A DNA stretch of 64,000 nucleotides, from positions 192,001-256,000 of the forward strand of contig CAWFKQ010000005.1 of the NCBI GenBank assembly GCA_963816395.1. Reading direction: 5' to 3'. Both the position numbers and the translations under genes were made by a program. Source of the stretch: an uncultured delta proteobacterium. GTDB taxonomy: Bacteria; Desulfobacterota; Desulfuromonadia; Desulfuromonadales; JACZKF01. Below the pieces are notes generated by a model. That model was not told the origin of the DNA. It searched no databases and worked only from the letters and a program-made list of their open reading frames with translations. Position 1 is the first letter of the stretch, and the number at the start of each line of letters is the position of its first letter. Of this stretch, positions 56,874 through 64,000 are shown piece after piece.

Positions 56874-59213
56874 CTATTCGGGCCTATCGGCCAAACAGGT
56901 GGAGAGCACGGCCATGAGGTCGGGGGCGCGCACCGGTTTGGCGATGAAGTCGTCCATGCCGGCCGCCTCACACTGCTCGCGCGCCTCACTCCCAGCATGG
57001 GCAGTCAGGGCGATAATGCAGGTGTGTCGCACCTGCCCTTGCTCCAGCGCGCGGATGCGCCGGGTCGCCGCCAGCCCGTCAAGGCGCGGCATCTGCAGAT
57101 CCATGAGGACGAGATCGAAATGCCCACTCTGCCATTTCTCAATTGCCTCCTCGCCATCGGCCGCCATTTCCACCTGCCAGCCGGACGGGGCGAGCATCAG
57201 GCGTAGCAGGGCGCGGATGGCGGGGTCGTCTTCGGCAATCAGCAAGCGCCCGGCGGCAGGGGCTGGGGCCGGCGTCTTGCTGCCGGGCGCTTCGTACGGG
57301 GTGACCTCGGCGGGGGGAAGCGGCAGTCGGCAGATGAAGGTGCTGCCGGCACCGGGGCGGCTCTCGACCCCCAGTTCCCCGCCCATCAGATGCACCAGTT
57401 CGCGGCTAATGGCGAGACCGAGACCAGTGCCGCCAAATCTCCGGGTGCTGGAGACGTCGGCCTGGGTGAATGGCTCGAAAATTTCCATCTGTCTGTCCGG
57501 CTCGATGCCGATACCGGTGTCGCGCACCGAGAGCAGGACCTGTTCACCGCCAGCGGGCGCTGCCGCCAGTACGATTTCCCCCTGCTCTGTAAACTTGAGG
57601 GCGTTGCCGACCAGGTTGACCAGCACCTGGGTGAGCCGGTTGGGGTCACCGACCACCAATTCTGGCACCTCGGGATCGATCGTGAGGTGCAGGGCGAGAC
57701 CCCTGCGACGGGCCGGCAGCAGGAACATTTCACGTACCTGCCGCAGGCAGCCGGGGAGATTAAAGGATTCCTTGTGCAGGGTGATCCGTCCCCCCTCGAT
57801 CCGGCTGAAGTCGAGCAGGTCCTCGATGATCGACAAGAGCTGCTGGCCGCCGTTTTGCGCCAGATCGAGCAGCATGCCCTGCGATTCGGTCGGCTCGCTG
57901 TCGACCAGAAGATCGAGAGTACCGAGAATCACCGTCAGTGGCGTGCGCAGCTCATGGCTCACGTTGGCTAAAAAGGCGCTCTTGATCCGATTACCCTCCT
58001 CGGCCGCTTCCTTCGCCTGCTGCAGCGCCTGCTCGGCGGCGATACGCTCGCTGACCTCGGTGCTGATATGGGCGGCGCCCAGCAGGTGTCCGTCCGGCGC
58101 GCGCACGGGACTGAAGCGCATGTCGTAAATGCGGCGCGCCTTGCTGGCATCGGAGAACTGAACTGTGACGCTGAAACTTTCTCCACCGAGCGCCCGCTCC
58201 CACAGCGGCTGGACTTGGGCCAGTTCGGCGGGGTGATCGACCAGCAGTTCGGCAAGAGACTGGCGCAGGTGCGGCGTGATCCCATAGCGCTGCTGCAGGA
58301 TGTCGACGAAAGCGCGATTGAAAATAAGAAAGCGCAGGTCCGGATCGACGGCGGCGACCAGATTGGGGCTTCCGTCAATCAGGCTCTGCAGCAGATCGCG
58401 CGTCTGCAGCAGGCGCTTCTCGCCATGGCGCAGTACCTCTTCGGCTTGGCGCTGTTCGGAGAGGTCGCGCACCTGGGCGAGGATAACCGACTCGCCGCGC
58501 AGGGTGACCTGCCGCAGGGAAACCTCGGCCAGGAAGAGCGAGTGGTCGCCGGCGCGCCTGCTCGGCCAGACGAAAAGCTGCGGCTCCCCGGCCACGGTGC
58601 GCTCCCAATAGATGCGCGCCTGCTGAGCCACTTCAGCGGTGCCATTGGCGGCGAAATCATCGATGCTCAGGCGCAGTGCTTCGTCGCGGCTGACCCCGTG
58701 CAGGCGCAAAAACGGCTCATTGAAGTCGATGATCTTGCCGTCGACTGCGTGCAGAACAATGGCGTCGCGGGAGCAGTTAAAGATCAGGCGCAGCATCTCT
58801 TCCGATTCGCGCAGCGCCTGCTCCGCCTCCTCCCTCGCCTCCAGGTTATGGATGCAGCCGCCAAAGAGGTCGCGCCCGGCGAAAGAAAAGAAGTTTGCCG
58901 AGATCGCCACCGGGATCTCCCGCCCGTCGGCATAACGATGAACCGTCTCGAAAAAGAGCGCCCCCTTCTCCTGCAACTCCTCCCAGAGCCGCTTCCACTG
59001 GGCTCGGGAGAGACGGGCATCGACCTCGGTCAAGCTCGTCGCGAGCAGCTCCTCACGTCTTCGGCCGAAATGGGTGCAAGCGGCGTCGTTGACGAAGACG
59101 AAGCGGAAATCGTCCTCAGGGTCGCAGGTGTAGAACGGGTCAGCGCTGCGCTGCGCCACGTTCTTCATAAAAGCTAGCGCCCGCTCCCGCAGCTCCGCAC
59201 TCAGGTCATTCAC
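56874..59213 (-). CDS. Soluble hybrid histidine kinase (three PAS-HisKA-HATPase-receiver)
   Basis: ANVSHELRTPL, GNALKFT, DTGIGI, FGGTGLGL, LMDLQMP, AKP. Confidence 0.93.
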   Translation of the reverse strand: MNDLSAELRERALAFMKNVAQRSADPFYTCDPEDDFRFVFVNDAACTHFGRRREELLATSLTEVDARLSRAQWKRLWEELQEKGALFFETVHRYADGREIPVAISANFFSFAGRDLFGGCIHNLEAREEAEQALRESEEMLRLIFNCSRDAIVLHAVDGKIIDFNEPFLRLHGVSRDEALRLSIDDFAANGTAEVAQQARIYWERTVAGEPQLFVWPSRRAGDHSLFLAEVSLRQVTLRGESVILAQVRDLSEQRQAEEVLRHGEKRLLQTRDLLQSLIDGSPNLVAAVDPDLRFLIFNRAFVDILQQRYGITPHLRQSLAELLVDHPAELAQVQPLWERALGGESFSVTVQFSDASKARRIYDMRFSPVRAPDGHLLGAAHISTEVSERIAAEQALQQAKEAAEEGNRIKSAFLANVSHELRTPLTVILGTLDLLVDSEPTESQGMLLDLAQNGGQQLLSIIEDLLDFSRIEGGRITLHKESFNLPGCLRQVREMFLLPARRRGLALHLTIDPEVPELVVGDPNRLTQVLVNLVGNALKFTEQGEIVLAAAPAGGEQVLLSVRDTGIGIEPDRQMEIFEPFTQADVSSTRRFGGTGLGLAISRELVHLMGGELGVESRPGAGSTFICRLPLPPAEVTPYEAPGSKTPAPAPAAGRLLIAEDDPAIRALLRLMLAPSGWQVEMAADGEEAIEKWQSGHFDLVLMDLQMPRLDGLAATRRIRALEQGQVRHTCIIALTAHAGSEAREQCEAAGMDDFIAKPVRAPDLMAVLSTCLADRPE

Positions 59214-60142
59214 GGCCTGACTCCGAAAGAGTTAACTACCCCGCCTGTTTGAAAGCTGCTCCTATGCAGTGGAATCGAGGGGTTCCGTGACTCATCTGCT
59301 GTTTGACCGGAATCCGGGCTGGATGAATTAGATTCCTGTTTGTCACCGATTTTCTGGGTCGGCAGCAGATAACTTCCCTTTGCTATCTGGATCGGGGTCT
59401 CTCTGATCCAGCGATTCTTTTTCACCATCGAGGGAGTTTTCTATTTCGAAGGTCTTTTCCGGGGCGGGTGGTGGCCGGCCAGATGCATCAAGGGGAATTG
59501 CTGGCGATTTCTGGTCCGCCGTATCATGGGGATGAGAACCACCCCAGCCGTTCAACCAGGCCAATCGCCCTCTTTCGCGGCCACTTTGCGCCCGCCGACC
59601 TCCCGAAGTGATGGACATGCTCTACGTGTCCTCTTTTAACATCACCTGAAAAATGCTTTTATACGCTCCTGGTTCTCGGCAGCGACATTCGCCCATCAGT
59701 TCTCATTCCCCATGCGGTTTCGGGCGAAGGGTATGCGCTCAAGAGGTCTGGTGGTTTGCCCCATATTATCTTCATCCTCGCAACTCTTTTGGATTCAGAC
59801 CCCAGAGGCCGCCAATCGGCGGCGAGTAAGTGCCGATGCGTGAAGTTTATGGGGGGGAAGGGGAAAGTCAAACTGGACCGGAATCTCCAGCTTGATCATA
59901 AAAGCCGAAGCGCAGGCCGTCGTCTTCCCTCCACCTGGCAGACGTCCCGAGAGGCCAAAGATGAGAGCGGTCTCTGATACCCCGAGATGCAGGGACAGCC
60001 GAAGCCCAGAGGGCCGCCTACGAAACGGCCCCCTACCAAGCCGACGGGACCAGGCAAAACGGCCACCTGAGAAGGTGGCCGTTCCGTTTCCGGGGCTGGG
60101 CGCAGGCGCAACCGGCCGACCCTATACGCAACCGGAAAAAAC

Positions 60143-60178
60143 AAGAGGCCGCAATCCTTGAGGATTGCGGCCTTTTTC
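60143..60178. terminator. Terminator downstream of tRNA-Leu(CAG)
   Basis: AGGCCGCAATCC-TTGA-GGATTGCGGCCT. Confidence 0.8.
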
Positions 60179-60184
60179 GTCTTT

Positions 60185-60271
60185 TGGTGCCGAAGGGGAG
60201 ACTCGAACTCCCACGTCCCTACGGACACTAGACCCTGAACCTAGCGTGTCTACCAATTCCACCACTTCGGC
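60185..60271 (-). tRNA. tRNA-Leu(CAG)
   Basis: Minus strand GCCGAAGTGGTGGAATTGGTAGACAC..CTAGGTT-CAG-GGTCTAG...CACCA; TTGCAT-17-TATAAA upstream. Confidence 0.97.
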
Positions 60272-60418
60272 TGAAGCGAAGCACTTTATAGCAGATGGAT
60301 AATGCCAATGCAACAAAAAAATCCATGCGGGGAGGCCCCATTCTCATTGACTTATAGCGGTCATGGAAGTTTATACTTTAAATGAGCAACGCGTCATTCG
60401 CCGAGGAAAGGCCATCCC

Positions 60419-61330
60419 ATGCTGCTGCGGCAGACGCTCCTCTTTCTTTCCCGCCGCAAGGAACTGGAGGAATTCCTCCGCCGCAATCCCCTGGCCGTGC
60501 ACGCCAGCCGGCGTTTCGTGGCAGGCGACAGTCGGGCGGAAGCGTTGGAGGCGACCCGTCGGTTGAACCAGGAGGGATTCAAAGTCACACTCGACTACCT
60601 GGGCGAGGAAGTTGCCGATGCCGCGCAGGCCGAAGCCGCAGCCGAGGAATACGCCGGCGCCCTCGAGGAGGCGGCCGCCGGTGGTCTGGAAGCGGGAATT
60701 TCGGTGAAGCTGTCGCACCTGGGCATCCGCATCGATGAGGAATTGGCCTTCTCCAACCTGTTGCAGATAAGCCGGCGGGCAGCGGCGGTCGGCCGTTTCG
60801 TGCGGGTGGATATGGAAGGGTCGGATCTCACCGACAAGACGCTGGCGATGGTGCGCCGGGTCCATCGGCTCTCCGACAACGTCGGGGCGGTTATCCAATC
60901 TTATCTGCGGCGCAGCAATCACGACATCGACCTACTTAATCAAGAGCGAATTTCGGTGCGTCTGGTCAAGGGGGCATACCTGGAGCCGGAGGAAATCGCC
61001 TTTCAGGATCAAGAAGAGGTTTCCCTCTATTTCATGCGCCTGCTGGAGTCTCTTTTTCGCGACGGATACCGCCCGGCCATCGCCACCCATGACGAGAAGC
61101 TGATCGATTATGCCGTCGATATGGCCTTCATCTTCAGCCTCGGGGAGACGGATTTCGAGTTCCAGATGCTCTATGGCATCCGCCGCGATCTGCAGGAAAA
61201 ACTGCGCCAGGCTGGATATCGCGTCCGCATCTATCTGCCCTACGGCTCGGACTGGTACGGTTATTTTATGCGACGACTGGCCGAACGCCCGGCCAACCTC
61301 TGGTTTCTGCTGCGCAACCTGGGCAAATAA
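60419..61330 (+). CDS. Monofunctional proline dehydrogenase
   Basis: RRFVAG, SVKLSHLG, RVDME, RLVKGAYLE, ATHD, FQMLYGIR, YFMRRLAERP. Confidence 0.93.
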   Translation: MLLRQTLLFLSRRKELEEFLRRNPLAVHASRRFVAGDSRAEALEATRRLNQEGFKVTLDYLGEEVADAAQAEAAAEEYAGALEEAAAGGLEAGISVKLSHLGIRIDEELAFSNLLQISRRAAAVGRFVRVDMEGSDLTDKTLAMVRRVHRLSDNVGAVIQSYLRRSNHDIDLLNQERISVRLVKGAYLEPEEIAFQDQEEVSLYFMRLLESLFRDGYRPAIATHDEKLIDYAVDMAFIFSLGETDFEFQMLYGIRRDLQEKLRQAGYRVRIYLPYGSDWYGYFMRRLAERPANLWFLLRNLGK

Positions 61331-61351
61331 TCCTGTAAACCAGCTCCGAGT

Positions 61352-63027
61352 TTACCGCTTGCAGCTTTCATCTGCAACCCGTTGCGGCACTACGAGCAGA
61401 GTCCGGTAGCGCTCCACAGTGACCAGACCCGGTCTTGCCCCCTTCGGCTGGCGTACACATTTTCCCTCCGTCACCATTACCTCCACTTTTCCTTCGTTGC
61501 GCCCTCGCGAATAGCCGGCGGCTATGGCGGCGGCAAAGAGCTGATCCTCCTCCGGGACTTCCCGGCCTCCGCCACGTTTTAATACCAGGTGACAGCCCGG
61601 CTGACGGTGGGCATGGAACCACAGGTCCTCGGGTCCGGTCAGTTCCCGGCTGACGTAGTCATTGGTACGGCTGCTCTTGCCCCACCAGAGTTGAAAACCA
61701 CCAGGGGTGAGAATCCGGCGCAAGGTGTCACGCACCGCTAGAGGCCGGGTCCGGGGAGTATTGCGAGGAGCTGCCGACACCAGCCCCGCCTCTGCCAATT
61801 CCTGTTTGATCCCCTGCAGATCTTCCCGGCTTTCTGCCTCTTCCAGATAATGGGCCATCTCTTCCAGCCAGGCGATTTCCTCCCCTGTCTCCTTCATTCG
61901 GCGGGCCGCGTGGTCCACTCCCTTCTTCTTTTTTTTATAGCCGCGGAAATAACGTTCGGCATTTTCCTGGGGTGAGAGACTAGGATCAAGGACAATGGTG
62001 ACCGGTACCGGCGGCTCGACAGTAAAATTCTCCAGCGTCACCGCTGTCATCCCCCGGCGAAGTCGATGCAGGTTCGCCAGCAGCAGGTCTCCATTCCGCC
62101 GCCCCGCATCGGCCGCTTCAGAGTCCTGAAGGTCGGTGGCAATCTTCTGCCGCCGAGCCTCCAGACGCTGCAAGGCACGGCGGATAGAGGAGGCCAGCAC
62201 CGACCGTTCGCTGTCTTTCCCCGGCCGTTGAAAAATCGGAATAAAAACGGTCTGCGGCAAGGGATGGGGAGGCGAACTCCTCAACTCTCATCGAGGCCCA
62301 GATGCGGCAGGGGGAAAGCGCTCAGGACCGGTTTGCCGGTCAGAATGCCGACGACCGGACGGAATTCCCTGGCCAACCAGCACCGACGAAAATCGGCGAG
62401 AGCTTTCCCGGGGGGAACGCCGGCAGCAACCGCTGCCGCCAGTTCGCTGGCTACCAGGGGGGACATCGGTGCCAGATTGGTCATCAGAAACCTCTTGAAA
62501 ACGGCAGGATCGGTCGATTCCGAGGGGATCTCCGGCAATTCTCCGGCTAGGGGAAAGGGCGCCTTGGGAACCGGCGGGACATAAAGCCGGCCGGGAACAA
62601 TCTCACGGCCGGCGGCACTCCGTTTAAGGGCATCGATGATTCTCCCATTATTATCTACCAGCAGCAGATTGGCCTGCATGCCCAGCAGCTCCGCAATCAG
62701 CAGGTAGTTCTCCCCTTCCCTGCCGCGGCAGCGCAGGTGCACGATCCGCTCTTCCCGACTCTTTTCGATGGAAAGAATGCGCGTCAGCCGCGAGCGCAGC
62801 AACTGGCAGAAGCGGGGCGGGGTAAAAGGATTGTTCCAGGCGCCATTGGTCAGGTGCAGCCGGGCGTTGCCGCCGGTGGCGTCCAGCAGCAGGCGCAGCT
62901 CCTCCCGGCCGTTCCAGAGGCGCATCAGCAGCAGCTCCGGCTCCGGTTGATGGATCTTGTCGATGCGCGCGCCGGCCAGCTTTTCCGTGATTTCCAGGGT
63001 AACAGCTTCGATGAAGAAATTATCCAT
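61352..63027 (-). CDS. NFACT/FbpA (RqcH-like) ribosome quality-control protein; one frameshift
   Basis: RIDKIHQP, FCQLLR, ELLGMQANLLL; SPQENAERYF, DLWFHA..PGCHLVL. Confidence 0.88.
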
Positions 63028-63220
63028 GTTCACCTGCCTTCCCGCCGAGGGAATAGCCAAGGGATTTTCCGGAAACGGGTTTTGCTTTCATGCGCAAAAG
63101 GATCTGCTATCATGCATTTCTGCAGTTCCCTCATTTTCAGTTAAAATTGAGCCAACAAGGGGTTTATTGTTGACAGCTTGACTGTATCATGATACCCGTT
63201 GTCCACCACTTTTTCTTTAG

Positions 63221-64000
<780 letters not shown>

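Noticed and set aside
59700..59800. c-di-GMP-I riboswitch (GGCAAACC on the minus strand)
   Set aside because: The GAAA tetraloop stem and downstream GACGCAAAG elements are missing.

Overview
A GC-rich chromosomal window whose gene content and order suggest a Desulfuromonadales-like deltaproteobacterium (inference). 1-15 kb: part of a PEP-CTERM/exosortase-A exopolysaccharide locus (prsR, deacetylase, beta-barrel, ATPase, BY-kinase, chain-length protein, Wza-like exporter, priming glycosyltransferase, prsT). It also holds a PEP-CTERM protein flanked by two degenerate signalling genes: an enhancer-binding protein with a dead-looking AAA+ domain and a GAF protein whose HisKA domain lacks the His. 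Two matching sigma-54 promoter/TGT-N11-ACA enhancer modules lie there. 15-24.7 kb: an eight-gene cassette resembling part of the uncharacterised 'rhizo-twelve' oligosaccharide system, with a B12 radical SAM enzyme and three CgeB-like proteins. 24.8-64 kb: mostly housekeeping genes (yhbY, dgt, rsmD-coaD, yacG-queD-queE, tesB, gdhA, pgsA, nadB, pyrE, purF/Q/L/B, gap-pgk-tpiA-secG, three tRNAs, NFACT, metY). This part also has an orphan Mu GemA-like gene, a PEP-synthase-like enzyme facing gdhA, a stand-alone DAHP-synthase regulatory domain and a 3.3 kb kinase islet bounded by a degenerate tRNA-Leu att duplication. Many intergenic elements are built from inverted 7-8 bp tandem arrays. About 16 genes, including pgk and pyrE, carry frameshifts that are most simply explained by assembly indel errors. 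No CRISPR array, rRNA, integrase or transposase was seen. All family assignments come from motif recognition by eye, not database searches.
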